Positions 1 through 13,731 of a stretch of 64,000 nucleotides of DNA are shown in pieces. The notes under the pieces were generated by a model. That model was given only the letters and a program-made list of their open reading frames with translations. It had not been told where the DNA came from and ran no database searches. This DNA is from Octopus vulgaris (taxonomy: Eukaryota), in the NCBI GenBank assembly GCA_951406725.2, contig OX597814.1, forward strand, positions 91,574,001 through 91,638,000. Reading direction: 5' to 3'. How positions within the stretch are numbered: the stretch's first letter is position 1; every line of letters starts with the position of its first letter. The position numbers were made by a program, and so were the translations under genes.

Positions 1-965
1 GTGCTCACAACAAGAAATAACATAATTCGTACAGCATTTTAATTAGAGTGTGTGCGTGTGTGTGAGTGTGTGTGTGTGTGTGCATGCGTGTGTTAAAGGA
101 AACTGTTTTATTGCGTTCTTTCATTTGAAACAGCAAAGATGTCAACTCGATCATATGGTCAACCATATGGGATCTTATGATTGCTCGTAAATTTTCGTAA
201 AAGTTACTTACTTTTTATGCTTTGAAGTGAACAGAAAGTGAGAGGAGAAAGTGAAACAAGTATGTATGTGTATATGAAATGGACATGTGTGTGCGTGAGC
301 GAGAGAGGGAGTATATGATTGAGTGAGTGAGTGAGTGAGTAAGTGAAAGTGTCTTGTTATGTATGTGTTTGTCTGTGTGCGAGTGGCACTCATTCACGGT
401 CTCTCTTTCTCAGACACACACATTATCTTTCATTTAAACGTACATAAATATATAAGTATGTATTTTTTTGGATGTTTGCGTGCTTGTGCGTGTGCATGTG
501 AGAGAGATAGTAAGTGACACACAAACACTCTTTTATATATATATATATAGATAAGCAGCTTCATTTAGTATAGTACAGATGTGACTAATTCGGAGAAACA
601 TTACTTTCATTATTCACACATTGTTACCCACGTGATGTAACACTTCGTAATATTGGTTCAAATTGAAAGTGTTGAACCGATTTTCATTTTCTAATGAAAC
701 TTGATCGCGGTAGAGCAATGTCTCTCAAATAACTACAGCTGGCTGTTGAGATAACATAGCAAATATATAAATAAAAATAAAGTTTAATTGGCAGCCGAAA
801 GATTACTGAATATTTTGATACCGCATACATCAAAATCGGCAACTCAATTTTCGAATACGTAAGGAACATACATGAACACACACACACGCGCGCGCGCGCG
901 CGCACACACACACACACACACGAACTCTCTTATATATAAATATGTATATATATATATATATATAT

Positions 966-1032
<67 letters not shown>

Positions 1033-1043
1033 AATAGATAGAT

Positions 1044-2072
1044 TTACAGGGTGGGATGGGTAAATTTTCGCCATTTAATATTTTTAATTTCGCGCATGCA
1101 CGTGGTCTGTTTATGATTTTGTCGGCTACACAGTACAGTAGGGATTTGTTGGGCACCGTCTGTCAGAAAACAAGCCCCATGACGCAATTCACTCTGTCAG
1201 AAATTTGGAAACGACATGTACTATTTGGCATTCGCACCGAAAGCGCCAGTGCGAACATTTCAGAGTATTGGGGTGTGAACGCAGGAGATTCGGAAAGAGT
1301 TGGATTAGTCTAATGATGATTAAGAAAGTACGGCAGCTCGGAAAATTCACTCTAATTGTTCTGATAAGAAAAGAACTCCTAAATTTGTTGGTGAAATCCA
1401 GAACATGATTAACAGCGATCCCTCCAAGTCAATCAGATCTATCGCCAGCGACATGGGAATATGTGAGTTTCATATCAGGCATGTAGCGCATGAAGACATG
1501 CTGTATTCCTCATACAAGATGAGAAAGGGCCAAGTGTTATCCCAAGCCATCACGAACATGAGAAAATACCACGCTAAGAAGCTTTTGAGCAACAACAAGC
1601 ATTCCCTGCAACCAAACATGCGTTAGTTTTTCTCAGACGAGAAAAATTTCTGCCAGGAGCAGATAATGAACACATAGAACAACCGTTAGCTTGCTGTGTC
1701 ACCAAAACATACTGAGAATGATATAACTCAAACATGGATTCAACGTCATGGTGTTTGGAGTGATCACTAGTGATGGCGACGTTATGTCTCCATTCATCGT
1801 TCCACACGGCCTAAGATTCTGCACAGAGGCCTACATCAGGTGCCTTGAGGAGGTAGTGCTGCCCTGGGTCAAGAGGGTGGCTGCTGGAAGATCCTATATC
1901 TGGCAACAAGACGATGCACCATGCCACACCAGCAGTAGAACCCAGTCATGGCTCTCAGGTAATTTCTGCGACCGCATCACTCTTAACATCTGGCCCCAGA
2001 CTGCAACCCCCTTGATTATTATGTGTTGGGCGCAGTTGAGCAGGAGATCAATAAATCTCCTTGTAGCACAGA
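1044..2072 (+). mobile_element. Decayed Tc1/mariner-superfamily DNA transposon, maT/DD37D-like
   Basis: It begins TA-CAGGGTG. Broken frames give FSDEKNF, VMVFGVITSDG, WQQDDAPCHTS and NPLDYYV. The reconstructed D..D spacing is about 37. It has stops and frameshifts, and the 3' end is truncated. Confidence 0.85.
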
Positions 2073-3149
2073 AGATACATATCCATACATACAGACATAG
2101 TACACAGTCACATAAACCCATACACACACAGACACACACAATGAGACAGAGGTACACATACACACACATGGAAACACACACAAACACACAAACAGAAAGA
2201 CGTGGATATGCAGAATACATACATACAAACGTACACACATACATGCATATATGCACGCGCGCACACACTCATACATACATGCATACACACATTTACATGC
2301 ATGCATACATGCATACATACATGTGTATGCACATAAACACTGATCCACACACATGCGCAGAACGAAACAAAATGAACGCAGCTCAGGTAACGGACAGAGT
2401 CAATGACTATCGAAAAGGCTGCATGAAGCAACGAAAATTTTAGAAAAATAAGTAAATGAGTGGAAACTTTCCCAGTAAGTTTGTTAAATAATAAGGCATT
2501 AAAAGAGAATGACTATCCCCAGACACAACTATATCTATATATATATATATAAATCTCTCTGCTTTCCTCTGTTATCTCCCTTACACCTTTTCCTTTGTCC
2601 CTCTCTCCCTCTTTAGTTCTTTCCCTAATTCTTCAATCTCCTTGCTCCCTACCTCTCTCTATTCCTCGAAAGTGACCGGTGCTCAGCGAAGCATGATCTT
2701 TCTTTCTTGGCCTGACCGCAACTCCCACAACACCTTATTTTCTTGTCTCCTAACGTTCATCTATATTTGTGGCTGCAAGGCATCCACTTCGCACGCAAGC
2801 CTAACTTAACTTGTCCTTTTAGTCGAAAGACACCTGTTGTTATTCTTGTTGTTTGTATTTGTAATCGTGTAACATTTTTCTCTCTTTTCTCGTTTTTTTT
2901 TTGTTCGTGTTGCCTCTCATATTCAATTGCTTTCTTCCCAAAATTCAATGCCCTTAGCTTCAATTTTTGGGGTCAACCAATTTTGAATGCTCTCAAGTGT
3001 AACAGGCCGACACTGTAATGATGAGTGGAAATTTCACTGATGGGATGGAAAGCTGCGAGTGTTCCGTCCTGGTTTTCCTGTCCGTCTTTGTATTGTCCAT
3101 CTGTCCGTATGTTTTCATTGTCTTACGCTACGTTCTTGTTCCGCTATTT

Positions 3150-3191
<42 letters not shown>

Positions 3192-3789
3192 CATTAATAC
3201 TCATCAGAGATATTAATGTTTGTGGCCGCAAGCTAAAATAGGCAAAATTAATAGATATATATATTTTAAAAAATATTTATAACAAGGGTGTTTTTTTTAA
3301 GACGTCTCTTTTTCCTGCTCCTGAATTGAATGCAGGTTTACCTTATTGAACTATTTTGTTATATAAATTCTTACCAATTCTTGATTTGTTACCACCTTTT
3401 GCTATTTTCTATGTCTTACCAACATACTACCTGCGTTAGCAAGGTTATGTTTTTCTGAATCCCCCCTATTAAGGGCCAATTATTTTATTAACTCTCTTTT
3501 TGTGTAAAATCTTTACACATGGATACCTGACCGGAAAACGAGATGCAAGTAATCCTATTAGACGAACCATATCAGGAAATGTTCCCCACTCCCAAGTCAC
3601 GAAGCGAGGGAAAAGGAGAATGTATCCGAACAAGAAATACAAAAGGAAATGTACCCGAAAAATAGTAATAACAAATTTAACTTTGCGTCTGTTGCGGGTG
3701 TCACAGGTTGACCCGGACGAGCTGGAGAAATACAAGTGTTTAATGCAAAAGAAGGGAACCAATGTAAAACAGATCCCACCCGGGGAAAT

Positions 3790-4290
3790 GATGCACATCA
3801 CAAAGAGGCATACAATAGTGTACAAGGCCTTGTCACTCAAAACGAAAATAATTGAAATGGCTACTAAAGAAGCAATCGAAAAATGCCTGCAGCCGAAATA
3901 TTGTTAGTAATCGCTTGTTTTTGGAATTATACATATTTTAACAATTAATTCTCTTGTATTTAAGATCAAATTAGTTGAAAGCAACCTGTGCATTTTTTTG
4001 TCAACGTGAAGTAGAGACAATATCACAATTGTTTGGTATTGTGAACACGTACAAGCCTTTTGGCAATGCTTCTTAGATCTGCAATATGAAAAATGCCTAC
4101 ATGTTGGCATCATGAACCCACAGCTTATGGTGTTCGGGTTAAGAAAAAGTACATATACTGAAAAAAAAATGTTTTTTATATAAGAGCAAATTATCAAAAA
4201 CCACTCTTAGCCTCAAACACTTTAGACACTTTGTTCAGGACAGGTATTTTATTGAAACAAAACATCTTACAATAAAAGTAAATAAGATGA
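3790..4290 (+). mobile_element. Decayed L1/Tx1-like LINE fragments
   Basis: 3930-4100 gives the broken frame ILTINSLVFKIKLVESNLC.FCQREVETISQLF..CEHVQAFW, resembling the C-terminal zinc finger of L1/Tx1 ORF2. 3800-3895 (IVYKALSLKTKIIEMATKEAIEKCLQ) resembles 27301-27385 (IVYKTIS.KDKRLQTATKQVVEKCLQ). Confidence 0.6.
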
Positions 4291-4599
4291 GTTTTATAAA
4301 ATTGGATGCTCTAAAATGAATTTGCACATGCGAAGTAATCCTCTATTATTGCTTCTTGTGGAACCACAAAAAGAATATTATATCTGTATTAATTTTTTTT
4401 AGTGATTGACGACTGAATGTGTAGTAGTGTGTAGTCTATTTCTTATTTCTCTCTTCTTTTTCTCGCTTCTTTTTTTTAAGAAAAAGAAAAGTCCTATTCT
4501 CCATTTATCTTTATACAAGACTTCAGTCCCCTGGCTGTGCTGCCTTCAATTATAATAGGGAAAACAGGAAATAGAAAAATGGAAAAAAAATGGGAAAAA

Positions 4600-5175
4600 A
4601 AATACTACGAAGCTACAAAATTTAACACACTATCTTCACAGGCATGGTTGAAAAAAATACAGCAAAATAAGGATTGCATTCTTGCCTCTGTAAAATTGCA
4701 AGAATGAATGTCGGTTATCTTGATATCGTGATTTCGAATTTAGCGCCTAAAGCACGCTTGATTCTCCTGAGTCAAGTCTACTAGTAACAAATGAATTTAT
4801 ATCACTTCAATTAATATATGTGTTCGTTTCAGTACCAATGCCGCAAACATTAACATCTCACATGAATATTAATTTTCTTTATTTTTATAAAAAAATTGTA
4901 TTCACTTAATTCGTTCGTTCTTTCTTTTTTTTTTTCTTTGCAATGCAGTTTGAGCACTGAAACGAACACAGACATTGGTTGAAATGATGAATAAGAGTTT
5001 GTTACTAGTATACTTGACTGAGGAAAATGAAGCGTGTTTTTAGCGCTAAATACGAAATCATGATATCAAGTTACCTTATATCCCTTCTTGTAAGACGCCA
5101 TCCTCATTCCATTTTATTTTTTCCAACCATGCTTGTGAAAATATAGTGTTAAATTTGTTGCTTCGGAGTACTTTG
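4600..5175. mobile_element. Foldback MITE with long imperfect inverted arms
   Basis: About 4600-4850 is an imperfect reverse complement of about 4945-5172. Examples are aaatttaacac/gtgttaaattt, cttgatatcgtgatttcg/cgaaatcatgatatcaag, agtcaagtctactagtaacaaa/tttgttactagtatacttgact and gtgttcgtttcagt/actgaaacgaacac. There is no ORF. Confidence 0.8.
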
Positions 5176-5236
5176 ACTTTTATTTTTAGCAAAGCTAAAT
5201 ACTTTTATACATACATATGTATATACATACATACAT

Positions 5237-5281
<45 letters not shown>

Positions 5282-5309
5282 CATACATACATACACATAT
5301 ATATATATG

Positions 5310-5351
<42 letters not shown>

Positions 5352-5392
5352 CCTATATATACATATATATATGCACATATTTATATATACAT

Positions 5393-5448
<56 letters not shown>

Positions 5449-5459
5449 CGATTCGGATC

Positions 5460-5725
5460 GATCAAAGCCTTGTGAGTGGATTTGGTAAACGGAAACTGAA
5501 AGAAGCCCATCGTACATTACATATATATAATGTGTGCATGTGTGTGTGTCTTTGTGCCTGTGTCTGTCCCCGAATCACCGCTTAATAACCGGTCCGGTGT
5601 ATTTAGGTTATCGTAACTTAGCAGTTCAGAAAAAGAGACGATATAATAAGTACTAGGTTTAAAAAGTAAGGCGGTGCTCCAGCATAACCGTAGTCAAATG
5701 ACTGAAGTAATTAAAAGATAAAAGA
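5460..5725 (+). mobile_element. Partial SINE of the microsatellite-containing family seen at 27820-28234
   Basis: It shares aagccttgtgagtggatttggt..acggaaactgaaagaagccc and ggcggtgctccagcat...agtcaaatgactgaa with the reverse complement of the fuller copy. Confidence 0.8.
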
Positions 5726-5999
5726 TAGATGAATTTGGGCAGCAATAGTTTAATTGTAAAATTTCGGATAGAAATCTTACAACTTATTTCTACAACATTT
5801 CCGATAACTAGGAGTCTTGTGACATTCGACTCGACAGCGTTGATACCAGAAATCTTACCACATCTTATTCCTATCTGACAACTTTGACACTAGGATTTGC
5901 ATAAAAATCATTTAAATTACTACAGATGTATAAAAGAACTGAAGGAAACATTTGCAATTTTTCTTTTTACAGAAGAATACAAGTAATTATTATACATAC

Positions 6000-6041
6000 C
6001 TCACCATTAAAGAAACAATACAGAAGAGCAACAAAGATCCC
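6000..6041 (-). CDS. Class B1 GPCR 42-nt TM7 exon
   Basis: The minus strand reads ctttttctttgcag|GGG ATC TTT GTT GCT CTT CTG TAT TGT TTC TTT AAT GGT GAG|gtatgt, which translates GIFVALLYCFFNGE. This is the conserved 14-codon G.FV...YCF.N.E exon of class B GPCRs and is in frame with the previous exon. Confidence 0.96.
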
Positions 6042-6228
6042 CTGCAAAGAAAAAGTAAATTATATGCAGATATTATAAAAATTCAAAATAGAGACAAAAC
6101 AGTTAATAACTGTTGCGTAGGTGTTAAATATTTTCATAATTGTCTTATATTAATTCTAGGAAGATTACTGCCTAATAATAATCTTGTAAATGTATTTATA
6201 TATTTGCAGTTATCATGAACTATATATA

Positions 6229-7130
6229 CAGTACCGTGAAAAAGCCTTCGTCCACTCTAAAACTATTGTAAATTTCTACTAATTGCCAAATTGTAAGTGG
6301 ATGTTTCTTATTGGGTTTTTTTTTTTTTTTGCGGATGAAACATTGGCCCTGTTGGTATCATTTCCATACCTAATCATTGTATTATATAGTAGAGGTTCTG
6401 AATGAGAAGGGAAGATGCAAGACGACCACCAAAAATGACCGTGCAAAAGTTTTCAGCTACCTCCCATTGACCAATCAAGATATAGTGTTTTAAGACAGAA
6501 AAATGCCTATAATGAAAATTCATTACATAATATATGTTTGAAGAAGTTACTGTACATTGTTAATATTTCGCGTGTCTTCCCTTAGTTTGAGTAATTGCGT
6601 CAATGAGTCTGGGAAGAGATGCGTACAAATCCTTCACGATCTTCACAGGTGTGAGATGTCATTCTCTGTGGCTGAGCTCTTACAACTTTTCGAGATTGCA
6701 TGGATTCTTCTGACGAACACTTCTCTTTTGTTCTGTCCACATTTGCTCAATGATATTTAAGTCAGGGCTCTGAGTAGGCGAATCTTTCAGTACGGTAACA
6801 CCTTAATCAGTCAAACTATGAAGTGCTGCACGCGATCTGTAGCATGGAGTTCCGTTATGCTGAATAATTTCACCTTCATCCAACTCAGGTATCAAATTGT
6901 CCTGCAGTACTCGATGTAACTGGCCCTATTCAAGTTACTGTCAATTTTAACTAAATTCCTTGAACCATCGCTTTTTATGTATCCATAAAGCATCAGACTT
7001 TTTAAAGCCCCCAAGCGTCACTGATTTTGTTATGTAATATGGGTCGTTCGCTTTCCTGGAGGCCTTCTGACAAATTCATCTAATACCTGTGAAGATGGTG
7101 AAGGATTTCTACGCATCCTTTAAGATTTTT
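6229..7130 (-). mobile_element. Decayed Tc1-like (DD34E) transposon
   Basis: The terminus is TA-CAGTACCGTGAAAAAG. The minus strand near 6735-6780 gives PTQSPDLNIIEQMW, the Tc1 catalytic E motif. Confidence 0.8.
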
Positions 7131-7139
7131 CATAATGTT

Positions 7140-8220
7140 GGAAACCTTTTATAGAATTATATTTTCCGAAGATTTTTTTTTTTTAAATACGTTTATCTGC
7201 TATAAAAGTGATTATCTCCTTTTTTTGTTTTTAATCCTTGGTTTTCTGTCAAGAGAAAATGTGTAAATCCTTCTCGGATGAAATCCTAATTTAATTATGG
7301 CTTCATTGTTGACTGGTTTTATCATGACCACTTTAACAGTTTGCTTGGATGAAGCATTATGCGGGTTCTATTTTATATGAAAGCACTCTACTTTTTTAGG
7401 GCTTAAATTGATTTATATATCCTTCTTCTCTTATTGGATCCTTATTTTCCTTTCTGAATTTTAAAATTTTATTATTTGTTTTACAAAATATTATAATATA
7501 TAAATTTTGTTAAATTTTGGGTATACCCTTTCCACCTGCCCATAGTGACTTTCTTTGTTTTCTATTTTAGGTGCCTTTTAACTGATAAAAATAAAATAGT
7601 TTATGTCACCCCTACCCTCCCTCTTTTGGGCATATATCACTATCTTACTACTATCTTCTGAGACTTGTTCCTTTATGTAGTCATAGCGAATTTATAGCCA
7701 CAGTAAATTAGGTGTAGGGAAGAATATATGGCATTAATTAATTTATGATCAGCAGCTAAACCTTAACTGTCAATTCCCAGTGGTTTTAATTCTTAGTGGA
7801 CGTGGAATTCTAGCTGCATCAGATCTTTTGATGGTGATAAGTAGATAGATATATTACCATTTCATTACCCCCATTGTTATTCTCTTCTGCGCCTCCAAAT
7901 TATTGTTGGAGCTTTTTCTCCCTAAGTTAATACTGCTACAATAATAGCAACCGGCATGTAATTCTTTTTGTTCTCTAGTTCTAATGAAAAATTTGCTAAA
8001 CATTTATAATGGAATATCTTGTATGTTGAAAACCTGGTTGGTCTTATGCATCCAAAAACGACGGTGTATTTCAAATTGATTTAATGCTCGAATTGATCAA
8101 TTAAATGGATCCCCTTGAACGCCTGTAATACACTAAATACTTCGATATCCTTGTAACTTATTTGCTTTTTACTCACCTTACTTCGAGCTGTGCAGATAAT
8201 ACCAGACTGACTTGGTTCAA
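7140..8220 (-). mobile_element. Highly decayed probable PLE remnant (GIY-YIG C-terminus)
   Basis: The minus strand at 7920-8200 shows only weak, fragmented resemblance to a PLE endonuclease C-terminus, followed by AT-rich UTR-like DNA. Confidence 0.35.
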
Positions 8221-8887
8221 ATATACAGCCACAGAAGCACACAGACACACAGACACACAGACACACACACACACACACACACGCACACACAGAAATAAAT
8301 TAGTCTCATTCACTCACATAGATACACACACTCGTGTGCATGCCTACATCGTAAGATATCGGCATATGTATGTTTATATATACATATATGTACTGCATAT
8401 ATATATATATATATGCGGGTGTTTGACACTAATGCACGGACGTTGCAAGAAACATACAAAAGGTTGTAAATTTAATCATGTGTTCATTCTCTACAAACAC
8501 TTGACAGATAACATTCAGAGCATTGATTGGTTGGACTTGTTCAGTCAACTGTTTTAGCCTTTACTTACGACCCCAGACATTATCACTTAATACTAACACA
8601 GAAATAGCGGGGAAACTACAAAAATTTCTAAGACCAGTAATGTGAATATCTTGTAACAATCAAATGTTGTTCAAAACCTATACTAATTAGAGCGGTGAAC
8701 TTCCTATAAAAACGGGGCAACACTCAAACACTAGCCAGAAGAAAGACAGCTGCGACGTAAGCCACGTCTTGCTATTTGAACAATTTAAAATCATGTAAAC
8801 TGGGTAACCGGTTAAAGCTTCAGACATATTAACAAAAAAATATTTTAACGGTTCTTAGTGCATTTTCAAATTCTGCTTTTTCCTATG

Positions 8888-8954
<67 letters not shown>

Positions 8955-9284
8955 ATGTATATTATATTAAATTAGAGATAAAACCACTATTAGGCCAATC
9001 ATACAATGAAAAACTTAAGCCAATACATAAGATTAATTAATTATATTATTTAAATATATATCAAAATTATTAAAAAAGATAATTAATATAACAATACGAT
9101 CGTTTCATGGCTGTTCAATTCTCAAAATTTTCGAGTTACAGTCATTCTTCAGGTGGTTTACATATCTTGTTGTATTATTGAAATACTACATACTCACTGA
9201 ATGATAATCGAGTTAATGATCCCATCATAACGAATTAGACAGGGGGAATAATGTTTTCTTGATCGTATGAATGACAAAGTTCAA

Positions 9285-9290
<6 letters not shown>
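8955..9290 (-). mobile_element. Solo PLE pLTR-like fragment with a hammerhead motif, between (TA)n tracts
   Basis: Minus 9091-9157 reads ccac CTGAAGA atgactgt..acagccat GAA ACGATCGT A. Its end motif ttagagataaaaccactatt matches ttagagacaaaaccactatt at about 15947. It is flanked by (TA)n on both sides. Confidence 0.75.
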
Positions 9291-9329
<39 letters not shown>

Positions 9330-9362
9330 GAGTTGAACTTTGTCATTCATACGATAAAGAAA

Positions 9363-9420
<58 letters not shown>

Positions 9421-9509
9421 ATGTATGTATGTATGTATGTGTGTATGTGTGTGTGTGAGTATCTATATATACATATATATAAATATATCTATCTATATAT
9501 CTATATCTA

Positions 9510-9552
<43 letters not shown>

Positions 9553-9561
9553 AATTATATA

Positions 9562-9617
<56 letters not shown>

Positions 9618-9819
9618 ATGTATATGTATATATATGTGTGTGTGAATGTATGTGTATGTATATGTATATATGTGTGTATGAATGTGTGTGTGCCTATATT
9701 TGTACACCACCATCGTTTGACAACCGATGCTGCTGTGTCTACGTCTCCCTAAGTCAGCCTTTTGTAAAAACACGCCGATATGATAAGTGCTAGGCTTACA
9801 AAAATAAATCATATATATA

Positions 9820-10028
9820 TATAACAAAGTGGAGTTGTAGGGTACCGCACGAGTGGAATTATATACGAAAGAAGGTTTGAAAATTGCTTCATTACATTAG
9901 CAATTTGTAACAACCAATAATTAATGCAACCAAACTTCTACACGTTACTTTTAACAATCTTTTTCCAAAGAGTGAAACCGGTAAAGTAAATAAACATCTT
10001 TTAAATTGCATTTTCAAACCTTCTTTCG

Positions 10029-10034
<6 letters not shown>
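9820..10034. mobile_element. Mini element with a 24-bp inverted repeat and a decayed hammerhead-like core, flanked by (TA)n
   Basis: 9860-9883 tatatacgaaagaaggtttgaaaa is the reverse complement of 10011-10034. The interior reads ttactt-ttaaca-atcttt.ttcc.aaagagt-GAA-ACCGGT-A-aagtaa. Confidence 0.6.
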
Positions 10035-10060
<26 letters not shown>

Positions 10061-11264
10061 TACATCTCTTTCCCTATATATCCCCCACAGATACACACAT
10101 ACACGCACATACACACATACGTATATGACTGACTTATTTCAGTTTCTGTTCAGCAAATCCATTTGTAAGGCTTGAATATTTGCTTTTTTAATTCCTTCAT
10201 ACTATGCTTATTATAACGTGGGCTGTGAATCTCTAAGTTGATTTGTAGTAGAACAGTGGTTGGAGGTGCTATAGGCTTGGTTGGTCGATTGCTTGATCTG
10301 TAAAACTGTTGACTTGATTAGTCTGATATTTGAGACCTTTATAACTTCCCGCTTTTAATGTTACATTCTTTATGTTGTGATTCTACTCATTAGGTTTTAT
10401 TATATATGAAGGGAATAAGTATTAATAATTTAACAAAAGTAGCGTTCGGTAAATACTTATTAATAATTAAACAGATTTGTGCGTATGAATGACTGATAAA
10501 TAGCGAAGATGAGGATATCGTAAATTCCACAAGTGTTAATCAAGAGTTTTTAACGAGCTTAAAAGTGCATCTCTAAGTTGCCGTTTAATTTGCTTAAGAC
10601 AGCATCTCAAACCTCTCAATTTGCACACTGTCGTCTTTATAACAGAAAAATAAGGAAAACACTACTTGATAATGCAGTTGAAGATGTAATATGGTGAATA
10701 AAAGGAAGATATTGTCACGGATTGAACACGTTTGATCATATGTCTGTTGAATGAGTGGGTATCTTCTGTCAATCAATGTATCAGTCGAACGCTTTTATGT
10801 CCGAAATGATCAAATGTTTTTTGATAATTACATCTACCGAAGTGTATATTCGTGCTATGAAGATAGGCAAACAACAAACGATTGTGATTGCTAGCGGGCA
10901 TACCAGATTGTTGTATGTCTTCGTTTTCTCATTTACTTATACATTCTTGTTACTATTGCACTAGAAATTTTGAAACTTCAAACAAAAGTGTAATGTCATT
11001 AGGCATAATTTTCATATTGATCTATAAGTATTATTAACTTAAAAATGCAGAACGCAAAACTGTGCATTATACGTGTGTGTGTGTGTGTGTGTGTGTGTGT
11101 CTGTCTGTCTGTCTGTATGTCCGTGTATTTGTGTTTTTGTGTGTTTGTTTGCATTTATATACATATTCATATAGATATATAGACAGATAGACAAACAGAC
11201 AGACAGACAGACAGACAGGCAGACAGACATACATACAGACAGACAGGCAGACAGATAGACAGAC

Positions 11265-11336
<72 letters not shown>

Positions 11337-11499
11337 TGATTGATAGATATATTGAGAGATACATGCATACATGCATGCACACATATATTTTCATCTGTAT
11401 AGCTAAATGTATACATACACAGGCACGTGCATCCCCTTATGAAATCCATGATAGTTGGCACGCGATATGTATTCCACATTTGTATGAAGTTCTTACTCA

Positions 11500-12470
11500 T
11501 TTGTAATATTAACCATGAATAAAAGTCATACCAACCACTAACTGTTGAGTCCTGACCTCTTGGTAACTACATATTGCGCTCAAATAGACATGTGGGTTAC
11601 TGGCTGGGTTCATATACATCTAACGTGTTACAAGATCAAATATGCTTGAGGTATATTCAAACCCGTAAGAAAGCATACACTATATTTGAACTGGTAACAA
11701 GTTTACATTGATACATTTCAACTGCTTATCGCTGTCACCCCGTCTTTTATTCACGTTGAGCTGCTGAAAAACGCAACCAGTCCTTGAACGGGGACAAAAA
11801 TATCACAAAAGTGACCCGCTCCTCGTGACAGTTATCAACGTCGAGTCTCTGTTGCTGAAGAGATCACAATTCTGAAAAGCATGCATCCAACAGTCTGGTA
11901 AGGAGCGCTGTGAAACGGCTCGGTGTGTTTACACCTATGTGTTTACAGCGAGAAACTTTATCAATTACTTAGAAATGGTACATTGTGACTGCACGAAAAA
12001 TATTGTCTTTATGAAGCAATGAGGAACAAATTAGAGTACAATCATATCTGATACAGGGGGAAAATGCCACAGTAAAAGTGGTTGAACAACGAATCAAAAG
12101 AGTCTGTCGGGGAAACAAAATGACATCTGTACAGGCCTCCATAAGAACGAACAATTGGTTTACTTACCCTAGTAACACAGTGTACAGATTCATAACGATA
12201 AAATTTATGGATACATTTTGCTAGTAGACTGAATATAAATTTGAAATTTCCTACGTCTATTGCAATTTGGGAAAAAAGTTAAACATGGACTCCACTTTTT
12301 CCTGTGACATTTTGAGGCACTTTTACCTGTGACATTTTGATGCACTTTTACCTATGACATTTTTCTGTAGAATTTTTGTCCTATGGTAATTTTAGCTTGG
12401 CAATTTTAATGTGGCAGTTTTAGTGTGGCATTGTTTCTTATCGCGCTTTTTTCTGTTGCATTTCTCCCCT
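11500..12470 (+). mobile_element. Possible decayed MULE-like transposon end
   Basis: An IRTNN motif lies near 12140. At 12295-12470 is a run of short degenerate subterminal repeats (cctgtgacatttt / gtggcanttt). Confidence 0.4.
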
Positions 12471-13411
12471 GATTTGGAGCATCTGTGGTGCTCACTGTGA
12501 GTAATATCAATTCGGCTGAGAGTAAGGACAGACTGACTTGTATAAACCTCAGACTTTACCTATTAGCACTTTTGTGGAATCGGTTAGCCTAACAATTTAT
12601 ATTTAATTCAGACTATCGGAAAAAAATGAACGTGGCTTTTCATGGGCTGAGTTCACTTCACTTATGCTTTTAGAAAATCAGGAGTATATCTTAAATACGA
12701 TCCAATTTTTTCTTGCCAATTGATATGAGGCGCCGTTATTGTGTCACGTGATGTTCACTACTGACGTCAATGTTTGAATGGCATTCATATATTTCACGAT
12801 TTAATAACTATTTCGTGGTTTTCATCGTTTGGTAACATGCGTACGCTTCATCGCATTATTTGTAATTTATTGATACGAGATATCCAGTCATGTTTCTCTC
12901 GCAGCTAAATATGATTACTATATTCTACTGCGAAATATCTTTGATGGAATATGGACACGTAACTAACTGCTAATCAGAAAGTAAGTGACCGATATATATT
13001 TCCCTAGATAAGAATGTAAATAGTCTACTGAATATCGGTTAATTTTGTTTCTATTAAGGAAAATAGACACAAGTATTTATAAATGACAATAATATTTGAT
13101 AATTTTCATTTTCTTTAAAGTATTTAGCCAGGGCCGTTTTAGTTGTAATTTAGGCTCCTGCGCAACAACATTCAATAGGACTTCATAGTGTGTACTAACT
13201 ACCAGCGAGCCACAGAATACATCGATAGTTTGAGGGTTCTGTAAATTCCAATTATAACATTAAAACTATCAGATATCTTTCAGGCGGATTTTGTTGCTAC
13301 TAGCAGAATCAATATATACCAATTCCAAATAAGACTATTCCTCTGCCAGCATACTGTTTGCACATCAATGTTTCAGCTTCGACAGCGATGTATTCTTAAC
13401 CTACGATGCAT

Positions 13412-13731
13412 ATAGGAGCACTCCGTCGATTACGACGACGAGGGTCTCAGCTGATATGATCAACGTAACAGCTTGCACTTGAACGTACAAGTGGCTGAGC
13501 ACTCCACAGATATGTGTACCTTTAACCTAGTTCTCAGGGAAATTCAGCGTGACACAGAGTGTGACAAGGCTGGCCCTTTGAAATACAGGTACTACTCATT
13601 TTTTCCCAGATGAGTGAACTGGAGCAACGTGAAATAAAGTGTCTTGCTCAAGGAAACAATCCGTCGTCGGGAATTGAACTCCCGACTTACGATTGTGAGT
13701 CTAATACCCTAACCACTAAGCCACGCGCCTT
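13412..13731 (-). mobile_element. tRNA-derived SINE
   Basis: The head is GGCGCGTGGCTTAGTGGTTAGG...GAGTTCAATTCCC (box A/B). It is followed by ccttgagcaagacactttatttcacgttgctccagttca, a core shared with the copy at 55977. Confidence 0.88.
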
